Below, piece after piece: positions 10,938 through 23,339 of a stretch of DNA of 53,750 bases (the stretch's first letter is position 1; every line of letters begins with the position of its first letter). The notes beneath the pieces are model-generated. The model made no database searches. It saw nothing but the letters and a program-made list of their open reading frames with translations, and was not told where the DNA came from. Source of the stretch: Candidatus Limnocylindria bacterium (lineage in GTDB: Bacteria; Chloroflexota; Limnocylindria; QHBO01); assembly GCA_051000335.1 (NCBI GenBank), contig JBPCOK010000135.1:1-53750 (forward strand), written 5' to 3'. The position numbers and the translations under genes are program-made.

Positions 10938-13729
10938 CGGCCCCCCGCAAGGTCCTCGTCATCGGGTCGGGACCCATCCTCATCGGCCAGGCGGCGGAGT
11001 TCGACTACGCGGGCGTCCAGGCCTGTCTCGCGCTCCGCGCCGAAGGAGTCGAGACGATCCTCGTGAACTCCAACCCGGCCACGGTCATGACGGATCCGGA
11101 TGTCGGCGGAACCGTCCTCATCGGGCCGCTGACCCTCTCGTACCTGAGCGGCGTGATCCGGGAGCACCGACCGGATGCCCTACTTCCGACGCTCGGCGGT
11201 CAGACGGGGCTCAACCTCGCCGTTGCCCTCGACGACGCGGGCGTGCTCGCCGAGCACGGCGTGCGGGTCCTCGGAACCCCGCTGGCCGCCGTTCGCGCCG
11301 CCGAGGACCGTGGCGGGTTCCGCGACCTGGTGACCGGCATCGGTGAGCCGGTGCCCGAGAGCGCAGTGGTCGAGACACTGGCGGACGGGATGGCCTTCTT
11401 CGAGCACCTGTCGGCGCCGATCGTCGTTCGCCCGGCATTCACGCTCGGGGGCGGCGGCGGAGGGTTCGCCGCCGATGCCGACGAGGCACGAGCGCGAATC
11501 GCGACCGGGCTCGCCGCCAGCCCCATCGGCCAGGTCTTGGTGGAACGCAGCCTGCTCGGCTGGTACGAGATCGAGTTCGAGGTGCTGCGCGACGCATCGG
11601 ACACCACGATCGCCATCTGCGGCATGGAGAACATGGACCCGATGGGGGTCCACACCGGCGACAGCATCGTGGTGGCGCCGATCCAGACCCTCCCGGACCC
11701 GGTCGTTCAGCGTCTGCGCCGATGCGCGCTGAAGATCGTGCGCGCCCTGGAGCTCGAGGGCGGCTGCAACGTCCAGCTCGCAGTGTCGCCCGACGGCTCC
11801 GACTACCGGGTCATCGAGGTCAACCCGCGGGTCTCGCGCTCGTCCGCGCTTGCCTCGAAGGCCACCGGCTATCCGATCGCCCGCATCGCGGCCCTCATCG
11901 CCCTCGGCCGGCGGCTCCACGAGATGCCGAACCCGGCCACCGGCGGGAACAGCGCGGCCTTCGAGCCGGCCGTCGACTACGTCGTGGTCAAGCTGCCGCG
12001 CTGGCCCTTCGACAAGTTTCCCTCGGCGGACCGGACGCTCGGAATCCAGATGAAGGCCACCGGCGAGGCCATGGCCATCGACCGCGAGTTCGGGTCCGCG
12101 CTGCTCAAGGCGATCCGCTCGCTCGAGCCTCGGGGTCGCGGCTGGCTGTGGGAGGACGCCGCGTGGGGACTGAGCCATCGGCCAACCGAGGATCTTCACG
12201 GCTTCCTGGCGGCGACCGACACGCGGCTGTGGCGCATCATCGCGTTGCTTCGGCACGGTTGGGCGGATTCGACGGCGATCGCCGCCGCGACCGGGATCGC
12301 CCCGTGGTTCACGGAGCGCATCGCCGAGCTGGTGCGTGCCGAGGGCGCGGTGGTCGGGTCATCTCTGCTGGATGCGAAGCAGACCGGCTTCGGCGACGCC
12401 GACATCGCCACGCTGTCGGGGGTGCCCTGGGCGGCGATCCGGCGCGCCAGGGTGCGATCGGGGATCCATCCCGCGTACCGGCGTGTGGACACGTGCGCCG
12501 GGGAGTTCCCGGCCGAGACCCCATACTTCTACTCGAGCTACGCCGACCCGGAGGTCGCGCCGCCAGCCGATCGGCAGAGCGTCATCGTCGTCGGCTCCGG
12601 GCCGATCCGCATCGGGCAGGGCATCGAGTTCGACTATTGCAGCGTGCGAGCGGCCTGGGCGGTGCGTGAGATGGGCCTCGATGCCGTGGTCATCAACAAC
12701 AACCCCGAGACCGTCTCGACCGACTACGACGCCTGCACCCGCCTCTATTTCGAGCCGCTCGACACCGAGAGCGTCCTCGACATCATCGACCACGAGCGCG
12801 CGCTGACCGGCACGCCGCCGGCGGTCATCCTGACGTTCGGCGGACAGACGGCCGTCGACCTCGCGCGCGACCTCGCTTATGCGGATGTGCCGCTGGCCGG
12901 ATTGTCAGCCGATGCGATCGAGATCACCGAGGATCGTGAGCGGTTTGCCAGCCTCCTCGATGAGCTCGGGCTCCACGGCCCACGCGGTTCGCTCGCCGCC
13001 GACGCCGATGGGCTCCGGGCCGCGATCGACGCCCTCGGGGGCCTTCCGGTCATCGTCCGGCCCTCGTGGGTCATCGGCGGTCGTGGCATCGCCGTGCTGC
13101 GCATCCCGGATGACGTCCTCGGCTACCTGGCCACCGACGTGGGTTGGCCGCTGCGGGTCGACGAGCTGGTCGACGGGATCGAGCTCGACGTGGACGCGAT
13201 CAGTGACGGCGTCGAATGGGCCGTCCCCGGAATCCTCGAGCAGATCGATGCCCCCGGCATCCACTCGGGCGACAGCGTGGCCGTCCTGCCGCCCCAGCGC
13301 GTGTCGCGCGAGATCCAGGAGCTCGCCGCCGAGGCCGCGGGCAGGATCGCCATGTCGCTCGGCCTGCGCGGGATCCTCAACGTCCAGATGATCGCCACCG
13401 AGGATCAGGTGGTGGTGATCGAGGCCAATCCCCGGGCAAGTCGCACGGTGCCGATCGTGGCCAAGGCCACCGGGATCGACATCGTGGCCATCGCGGTCCG
13501 CTGCGCGCTGGGATCGACGCTGGCCGACTCCGAACTTCAGCCGGGACTAGCGCCTGATGGGGCGCGCGTGGCGGTCAAGGCACCGATCGGGTCGCTGTGG
13601 CGATTGCCGGGCGTGAGCGAGGAGCTCGGCCCCGAGATGCGCTCGACCGGGGAGGTGCTCGGCCTGGCCTCGACCGCGGAGGAGGCCATGGCGCTCGCCC
13701 GCGAGGCCGTGGCCGCGCATCGGGGCTGA
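10934..13729 (+). CDS. carB: carbamoyl-phosphate synthase large subunit, lacking the C-terminal MGS-like allosteric domain
   Basis: Two ATP-grasp halves begin at VLVIGSGPILIGQAAEFDYAG and VIVVGSGPIRIGQGIEFDYC. The protein (931 aa) ends 21 aa after GPEMRSTGEV. The GTG start overlaps the carA stop (GTGA). Confidence 0.9.
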   Translation: MTAPRKVLVIGSGPILIGQAAEFDYAGVQACLALRAEGVETILVNSNPATVMTDPDVGGTVLIGPLTLSYLSGVIREHRPDALLPTLGGQTGLNLAVALDDAGVLAEHGVRVLGTPLAAVRAAEDRGGFRDLVTGIGEPVPESAVVETLADGMAFFEHLSAPIVVRPAFTLGGGGGGFAADADEARARIATGLAASPIGQVLVERSLLGWYEIEFEVLRDASDTTIAICGMENMDPMGVHTGDSIVVAPIQTLPDPVVQRLRRCALKIVRALELEGGCNVQLAVSPDGSDYRVIEVNPRVSRSSALASKATGYPIARIAALIALGRRLHEMPNPATGGNSAAFEPAVDYVVVKLPRWPFDKFPSADRTLGIQMKATGEAMAIDREFGSALLKAIRSLEPRGRGWLWEDAAWGLSHRPTEDLHGFLAATDTRLWRIIALLRHGWADSTAIAAATGIAPWFTERIAELVRAEGAVVGSSLLDAKQTGFGDADIATLSGVPWAAIRRARVRSGIHPAYRRVDTCAGEFPAETPYFYSSYADPEVAPPADRQSVIVVGSGPIRIGQGIEFDYCSVRAAWAVREMGLDAVVINNNPETVSTDYDACTRLYFEPLDTESVLDIIDHERALTGTPPAVILTFGGQTAVDLARDLAYADVPLAGLSADAIEITEDRERFASLLDELGLHGPRGSLAADADGLRAAIDALGGLPVIVRPSWVIGGRGIAVLRIPDDVLGYLATDVGWPLRVDELVDGIELDVDAISDGVEWAVPGILEQIDAPGIHSGDSVAVLPPQRVSREIQELAAEAAGRIAMSLGLRGILNVQMIATEDQVVVIEANPRASRTVPIVAKATGIDIVAIAVRCALGSTLADSELQPGLAPDGARVAVKAPIGSLWRLPGVSEELGPEMRSTGEVLGLASTAEEAMALAREAVAAHRG

Positions 13730-13752
13730 TCGCCGGCGACAGGCGTGAAGTG

Positions 13753-13797
13753 GGGCCGCCGGCTCCCGGTACGGAGGGTCCCAGGATCCGGCGGCCC
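13753..13797 (+). terminator. GC-rich stem-loop 24 nt after the carB stop (possible terminator, no U-tract)
   Basis: GGGCCGCCGG (13753-13762) pairs perfectly with CCGGCGGCCC (13788-13797). An inner CTCC/GGAG helix is also present. Confidence 0.3.
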
Positions 13798-13967
13798 GCT
13801 AGACCGGTGAGCTTCGATCCGCACGAACGGGGGATGCCGCACAAGGTCGCGTCTGGCCCGAGCTTCCGTCGGCGACGGGCAACCTTCCGTTGATTCGTGC
13901 AGACCGGGACTCCCGTGTCCACGTCCGAAGACGTAGCAATTCGCGTGCCGAACCGACCGCCCCGGGG

Positions 13968-14618
13968 CTACCGCCGCCGCGAGCGCACGGTCCGCTGCCC
14001 GCTGAGCTGGGTCTGTCGACGGCGCAGGTACCCGCCGTACCAGCCGCCCAGGAAGCCGAGGGCCGATTGGTAGAGCGCCTGCACGAAGAGGTTCAGGATC
14101 ACGACCGGTCCGAACGTCTCGGGCGTCGCTCCCAGCGAGGCGAACGTGAAGAGCACGATGGCCGTGGCGATCACGAACCCGAGAAGCGCAGCCGAGATCC
14201 CGAACAGCGACGGCCGCTGCCATCCGAACCAACCGGCTCCGATCAGCGCTCCGAACAGGAGGAACGTGCCGAACAGCCCGAGAGGGTCGGTCGCGTACGT
14301 GAACGAGGCGTAGAAGCCGACGAAGGCGAGGATGCCCGGAACGATCCAGGCCAGCGGATTCCGCCGCAGGAGGTAGATGCGCGAGGTGATGGGCCGCATC
14401 GGCCCGGTCCCTTCGAACCCGGCGAGCGGGTCCGGGCGATTCGGTAGCGGCGGGGCCGGTGGGAAGAGGCGACCGAGGATCCCGCCACCGGGCCTCGAGG
14501 TTGAGGCCGGCTCATCCGTAGCGTTCTCGTCCGCCACATCTTCCGGAAGCTCGCCGCGTGCCGCCATCCGCGCGCGGCGGCGCGCTTCCGTTCGTCGGGC
14601 TCGTTCATCGATTGACAT
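13968..14618 (-). CDS. hypothetical membrane protein (about four TM helices, charged N-terminus)
   Basis: The real start is probably ATG 14618 (MSIDERARRTEARRRARMAARGELPEDV...). The hydrophobic segments are AWIVPGILAFVGFYASF, LFGTFLLFGALIGAGWFGW, FGISAALLGFVIATAIVLFTF and VVILNLFVQALYQSALGFLGGWY. The rest of the 578-aa track ORF is Arg-rich read-through. Confidence 0.6.
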   Translation of the reverse strand: MSIDERARRTEARRRARMAARGELPEDVADENATDEPASTSRPGGGILGRLFPPAPPLPNRPDPLAGFEGTGPMRPITSRIYLLRRNPLAWIVPGILAFVGFYASFTYATDPLGLFGTFLLFGALIGAGWFGWQRPSLFGISAALLGFVIATAIVLFTFASLGATPETFGPVVILNLFVQALYQSALGFLGGWYGGYLRRRQTQLSGQRTVRSRRR

Positions 14619-14626
14619 GGCCGCCG

Positions 14627-14632
14627 ATTGTA
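14627..14632 (-). promoter_or_regulatory. -10 hexamer TACAAT 8 nt upstream of the ATG (leaderless-type)
   Basis: The minus strand reads GTACAATCGGCGGCCATG with no Shine-Dalgarno. The same CGGCGGCCATG spacer occurs at the pth promoter. Confidence 0.4.
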
Positions 14633-14732
14633 CTGTGGCCCGACCCGAACGGTAAGCGGCCGGAAACCGTGCGGTAATCGGCCATCGCGATGCTGTGGCT
14701 TGCCTGCGCCTCCGAGCAGGAGGTGCTGTCCC

Positions 14733-17459
14733 GTGACCCTGGTAGTCCGCTCGACGCTCGCCATGGCGCTTCTCGTGGCGATCATTCCAGCCACCCCGAT
14801 CGATGTCGTCACCGCCGCCACTGACCATCTCGTGATCAGCGAGGTGGTGACCGGTGGCGCGAGCGCCAGTGACGAGCTGATCGAGATCTACAATCCCACG
14901 ACCGAAGCGTTGCCGCTCGAGGGTCTCGAGCTGGTGTACGTGACCGCCAGCGGCGCGACGACCACCCGGCGCGCCGCCTGGGACGCGGGCGCGGCCGCCC
15001 TTCCACCGGCCTCGCACCTCCTCGTCGCGCACGAGCTCGGCCTCTACGCGCCGATCGCCGATGTCACCTACGCCAGCGGAATGTCGGCGACCGGAGGGAG
15101 TGTTGCGCTGCGCATCCAGGGCGCGACGTCGGCCGTCGATGCGGTCGGCTGGGGAAGCGTCACCAGCGCGTGGTTCGAGGGCACCGCCGTCGCAGCGCCC
15201 GCAGCCGGCGCGAGCGTCGAGCGGCTCCCCGGCGGGGCGGCGGGCTCGGGAACGGACACGGACGACAACGCATCCGACTTCGTGCAGCGGCCGGTGCCCG
15301 ACCCGCAGAATCTCGGCTCGGATCCGGTTCCGGTTCCGGTTCCTGGCGCAACGCCGCCCCCGACGCCGAGTGCCACGCCGGCACCGACCACGGCCGTCAT
15401 GGCGATCACGGTGGCGCGTGCCCTCCCGGACGGCAGCGTCGCCACGATCGAGGGCGACGCCCTGACCGGCTCCGCCTTCACTGATGGCGGGGGATACGTT
15501 GCCGACGCGACCGGCGGAATCGCCGTGATCGTCGACGGCGGCGCCGCGTTCGAACGAGGCCAGCGCGTTCACCTGCGCGGCACTCTCGATGATCGATACG
15601 CGCAGCGCACGCTGCGCGTCAATGCGTCCGACCTGTCGGTCATCGGCATCGGCGCCGGATTGCCGGCTTCGGTCGTCAGCACGGGGGCCATCGGAGAGTC
15701 TCACGAGGCGAGGCTCGTTCGGATCGAGGGTCGCATCACCGGCACAGTCACCGCGCTGAGCGGGGGACTCGCCTACAACGTCGATGACGGCAGCGGCGTC
15801 GTGCGCGTGGTGATCGGCACGGAGACCGGTATTGCGACGGACGGCTGGGCGACCGGTGTCGGCGTGGCGGTGGTCGGAGTCGTCGGGCAGCGCGACTCCT
15901 CCGGCACGGGAACCGCCGGCTACCGCGTCCAGCCCCGGGATTCTGCCGACGTCACGGTCGGGACCGCCCCAGCCCCGAGCCCGTCGCCCTCATCGGCCCC
16001 CGGCGGACCGGGCCCGACGCCGAGCCCTTCGCCGACCGCTGACGCGGTGATGACTATTGCGCAGGCCCGGGCGGCCGCCAAGAACACGCGCCTGACGCTG
16101 CGGGGCGTGGTGACCCTCGGCTCGGGCGTCCTCAATGCGGAGACCGCGGTCGTCCAGGACGCCACCGGTGCCATCCTCGTCCGGCTTGGCGACGAGGCCG
16201 GCGGCCTGGCGCTCGGCGAGCTGGTCGAGATCGCCGGGACACGATCCACGAAGAGCGGCATGGAATCGGTGCGGACGTCCGTTGCCCCGCGCCGGCTGGG
16301 AAGCGCCGACCAGCCCGAGCCTCGTCCGATCCGGACCGGTGATGCGGCGGAGGCCCTCGAGGCGCACCTCGTCATCGCGCGGGGCGCCGTCGTCGCGTCC
16401 GCGCGGAAGTCGTCGAGCGGATCGGTGTCACTCGACATCGACGACGGCAGCGGTCCGCAGCGGGTCGTGGTCGGAGCAGGCGTCGGTGTCGATCACGCGT
16501 CAATGGCGGCTGGCATGTGGATCGAGGTGCAGGGCGTCCTGGGCCAGGAGACGACCGGGGCGCTCCCGCTCCGCGGGTATCGCATCTGGCCTCGCAGCGA
16601 CGCCGACATCCGGATCACGGCGTCGGCGACCGACGGGCCCGGTGGCTCCACCGCGGGGGGTGGGGGCACCGCGGACGGGGATGGTGGGGGCGGCACAGCA
16701 GGCGAGGCGCTCGATGCGCTCGGGCGTCCCGATCTCGCCGAGCTTCGCGTCGGAGCAACCCTCGTGGTTCCGGAGTGGGTCGAGCTCGGCGTGGCCGGTC
16801 TGCTGTGGGACGGCGATCGGCTCGTGGCGGTCAGCCCGGCGTCGGCGGAACATCTCCGGGCCGTGCTCGGGGATCGAGCCGTGCCAGTCGCCCTCGAGCT
16901 CGAGGGTCTGCGCGAAGCCGGCACGATCGCGCCGATCGGCGTCCCGTCGGTCCGGATCGGCGAGGTCACGGGCCAGACAACGGTCCGCTCCGGTCCGATC
17001 GCCGTACCGCTCGGTCGCCTGCCCGAGGCGGGGAGCCCGGCAGCGTGGGTGTCGGTCGTCGGCCGGCTGCACGCCACGGGTCGCCGTCCCGCGCTCGTGG
17101 TGGAGGAGGACCGGGTGCCGCTCGACATCCGATGCGAACGCACCCCGTCGGCGCCTCGGGGTGGTGTCGTCTCGGTGACGGGCATCGCCCTCGGTGCTCC
17201 GACCCGCCTGATCGTCGGCTGCGACGGAGTTCACCCCACCCCGACGCTCGCCCTGGCGTTCGATGCGCGGCCAGGGGAAGGGGCAGCCGGCGCCGTGCCC
17301 AGCGCCGAGCTCGCGGAGGTCGCAGACGCGTCGGTGGTCAACCGCGTGCCGGGCCTCCTGATGCTGATGGCGGCCATCACCCTCGGGGCGGGGGCGCTGC
17401 TGAGTCGTCGGCTCCTCGACGACGAGCTGGCTGCCGATTCGGAGCCGCCGGAGACCTGA
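14733..17459 (+). CDS. secreted, C-terminally membrane-anchored lamin-tail-domain (LTD) protein with duplicated beta-rich (OB-fold-like) modules
   Basis: GTG 14733 lies 9 nt after AGGAGG. The signal peptide is VTLVVRSTLAMALLVAIIPATP. The LTD signature is LVISEVVTGGASASDELIEIYNPT...SVALR...VDAVGWG. Pro/Ser/Thr linkers are present. Two homologous units of about 190 aa share DATGGIAV/DATGAILV, DDGSGVVRVVIG/DDGSGPQRVVVG and GYRVQPRDSADV/GYRIWPRSDADI. The C-terminal TM helix is GLLMLMAAITLGAGALL. Confidence 0.75.
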   Translation: MTLVVRSTLAMALLVAIIPATPIDVVTAATDHLVISEVVTGGASASDELIEIYNPTTEALPLEGLELVYVTASGATTTRRAAWDAGAAALPPASHLLVAHELGLYAPIADVTYASGMSATGGSVALRIQGATSAVDAVGWGSVTSAWFEGTAVAAPAAGASVERLPGGAAGSGTDTDDNASDFVQRPVPDPQNLGSDPVPVPVPGATPPPTPSATPAPTTAVMAITVARALPDGSVATIEGDALTGSAFTDGGGYVADATGGIAVIVDGGAAFERGQRVHLRGTLDDRYAQRTLRVNASDLSVIGIGAGLPASVVSTGAIGESHEARLVRIEGRITGTVTALSGGLAYNVDDGSGVVRVVIGTETGIATDGWATGVGVAVVGVVGQRDSSGTGTAGYRVQPRDSADVTVGTAPAPSPSPSSAPGGPGPTPSPSPTADAVMTIAQARAAAKNTRLTLRGVVTLGSGVLNAETAVVQDATGAILVRLGDEAGGLALGELVEIAGTRSTKSGMESVRTSVAPRRLGSADQPEPRPIRTGDAAEALEAHLVIARGAVVASARKSSSGSVSLDIDDGSGPQRVVVGAGVGVDHASMAAGMWIEVQGVLGQETTGALPLRGYRIWPRSDADIRITASATDGPGGSTAGGGGTADGDGGGGTAGEALDALGRPDLAELRVGATLVVPEWVELGVAGLLWDGDRLVAVSPASAEHLRAVLGDRAVPVALELEGLREAGTIAPIGVPSVRIGEVTGQTTVRSGPIAVPLGRLPEAGSPAAWVSVVGRLHATGRRPALVVEEDRVPLDIRCERTPSAPRGGVVSVTGIALGAPTRLIVGCDGVHPTPTLALAFDARPGEGAAGAVPSAELAEVADASVVNRVPGLLMLMAAITLGAGALLSRRLLDDELAADSEPPET
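15324..15343 (+). repeat. (CCGGTT)x3 hexanucleotide tandem repeat encoding PVPVPVP in linker 1 of the LTD protein
   Basis: Direct reading gives ccggtt ccggtt ccggtt cc. Confidence 0.9.
15393..16619 (+). repeat. intragenic duplication: unit 1 at 15393-15962 and unit 2 at 16044-16619, separated by a Pro/Ser linker
   Basis: By-eye alignment of the two peptide units shows that both begin AVM(A/T)I and both end in (D/S)(S/D)AD(V/I). Confidence 0.7.
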
Positions 17460-17544
17460 CACCCGGTCCAGCGCATCAGGCCCCGCTCGGACGCCACGCT
17501 CGACGAGCGTACGCGTGAGCACGAATCGTGAGCGTGACGCGGCG

Positions 17545-17550
17545 TATACT
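17545..17550 (+). promoter_or_regulatory. -10 hexamer TATACT upstream of the nucleoside phosphorylase gene
   Basis: TATACT lies 29 nt before TTG 17580. The leader contains GAGGAGGAG. A CGTGAGC direct repeat (x2) lies just upstream. Confidence 0.35.
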
Positions 17551-17579
17551 CCCGCCCGTTCAGGCACGAGGAGGAGTCG

Positions 17580-18473
17580 TTGACCCTGCCGACGCAGGCG
17601 GATGCACCACGCACCGGGGATCGCCAGTACCACATCGCCCTGGAGCGGGGCGAGATGGCGGAGTACGTCCTGCTGGTCGGTGATCCGGGACGGGTGGCGA
17701 AGGTCGCCTCCCGGTTTGACTCGGTGAACCTCGAGCGCAGCAACCGCGAGATCACGTCGGCGACCGGAACGTATCGCGGAATGCCGATCAGCTGCATGTC
17801 CACCGGCATGGGCACGGACAACGTCGAGATCGTCATGGCCGAGGTCATGGAGATCACGGATCAGCCCACGCTGATCCGCGTCGGCTCGTCCGGGGCGCTC
17901 CAGCCCGAGATCGGCCTGGGCGATCTGATCATCTCGACCGGCGCGGTCCGGCTCGAGAACACGACCGATTTCTATGTCCACCCCGGATTCCCGGCGATCG
18001 CGCATCGCGACGTGGTGTGGGCCCTCGAGCAGGGCTGCCGGGATCTGGGGATCAGGTACCACGTGGGGCTGACGGCCACCGCTTCTGGCTTTTACGCTCC
18101 GCAGGGACGGGCGATGCGCACGCTCCCCGTTCGGTATCCTGAGCTCGCAGACGAGCTTCGCCGCCAGCGTGTGGCGAACCTCGAGATGGAGTCGTCGGCA
18201 CTGTTCGTGCTGGCACACCTGGCGGGACTGCGGTCGGGAACGGTCTGCGCGGCCTACGCACAGCGAACCGACGGCACGTTCCTGGAAGGCGCGGCAAAGG
18301 AGGCCGCGGAAGCACGATGCATCGATGCCGGACTGGCCGGCATCCACCTGCTCTGGAAGATCGACGCCAATGGGGGCGAGCCGAACGCCCGCCACCCTGG
18401 ATCGTCCGATCGACGGGCGGGGGAACCTCATCAATCGACCGGTCCCGAGGCCGGCGAACAGGGAGGCAACTGA
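17580..18473 (+). CDS. PNP/UDP-family nucleoside phosphorylase (uridine phosphorylase-like)
   Basis: The TTG start follows GAGGAGGAG. PF01048-type motifs are present: LLVGDPGRV, CMSTGMGTD, RVGSSGAL and ANLEMESSALF. The last ~40 aa form a low-complexity tail. Confidence 0.8.
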   Translation: MTLPTQADAPRTGDRQYHIALERGEMAEYVLLVGDPGRVAKVASRFDSVNLERSNREITSATGTYRGMPISCMSTGMGTDNVEIVMAEVMEITDQPTLIRVGSSGALQPEIGLGDLIISTGAVRLENTTDFYVHPGFPAIAHRDVVWALEQGCRDLGIRYHVGLTATASGFYAPQGRAMRTLPVRYPELADELRRQRVANLEMESSALFVLAHLAGLRSGTVCAAYAQRTDGTFLEGAAKEAAEARCIDAGLAGIHLLWKIDANGGEPNARHPGSSDRRAGEPHQSTGPEAGEQGGN

Positions 18474-18477
18474 ACCG

Positions 18478-18621
18478 ATGGCAACCGAGGCTTACTGCGT
18501 CAAGTGCAAGGCCAAGCGCGAGATGCAGAACGAGAACAAGATCACCATGAAGAACGGCAAGCCTGCGACCGAGGGCGTGTGCCCGGTGTGCAGCACGAAG
18601 ATGTTCAAGATCGGCGGCTGA
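18478..18621 (+). CDS. 47-aa zinc-ribbon mini-protein (DUF5679-like)
   Basis: The sequence is MATEAYCVKCKAKREMQNENKITMKNGKPATEGVCPVCSTKMFKIGG, with a CxxC...CxxC pattern. The ATG lies 5 nt after the phosphorylase stop and is preceded by GGGAGG. The coding signal is lysine-rich, unlike off-frame ORFs. Confidence 0.7.
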   Translation: MATEAYCVKCKAKREMQNENKITMKNGKPATEGVCPVCSTKMFKIGG

Positions 18622-18637
18622 CCGCCCTTCAATCTCC

Positions 18638-18680
18638 GCCGAGGGGCGCGCCGGATCGCCGGCGCGCCCCTCGGCGTTTC
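18638..18680 (+). terminator. intrinsic terminator
   Basis: A perfect 17-bp stem, GCCGAGGGGCGCGCCGG (18638-18654) with CCGGCGCGCCCCTCGGC (18659-18675), has a 4-nt loop (ATCG) and is followed by GTTTCC. Confidence 0.75.
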
Positions 18681-18690
18681 CGGCGGCCGG

Positions 18691-18696
18691 TAGAAT
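18691..18696 (+). promoter_or_regulatory. -10 hexamer TAGAAT 9 nt upstream of GTG 18706 (leaderless-type)
   Basis: The sequence is TAGAAT-gacgttcac-GTG, with no Shine-Dalgarno. Confidence 0.4.
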
Positions 18697-18705
18697 GACG
18701 TTCAC

Positions 18706-23276
<4,571 letters not shown>

Positions 23277-23287
23277 TGCCGGACGGC

Positions 23288-23317
23288 GATGACCCCGGTC
23301 GGTCGACCGGGGTCATC
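23288..23317. terminator. bidirectional stem-loop between convergent eno and rpsT
   Basis: GATGACCCCGGTCG pairs with CGACCGGGGTCATC as a perfect inverted repeat, followed by TATCGGTTTCGG. Confidence 0.6.
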
Positions 23318-23339
23318 TATCGGTTTCGGCGCGTTGGGG

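Noticed and set aside
13730-13967. A possible frameshifted remnant of the CarB allosteric domain, or a tRNA or small RNA, in the 238-bp gap after carB. A TTCGATCC string resembles a T-loop.
   Set aside because: No frame gives MGS-like sequence. The T-loop-like string has no matching T-stem or acceptor stem. Only generic GC-rich hairpins are present.
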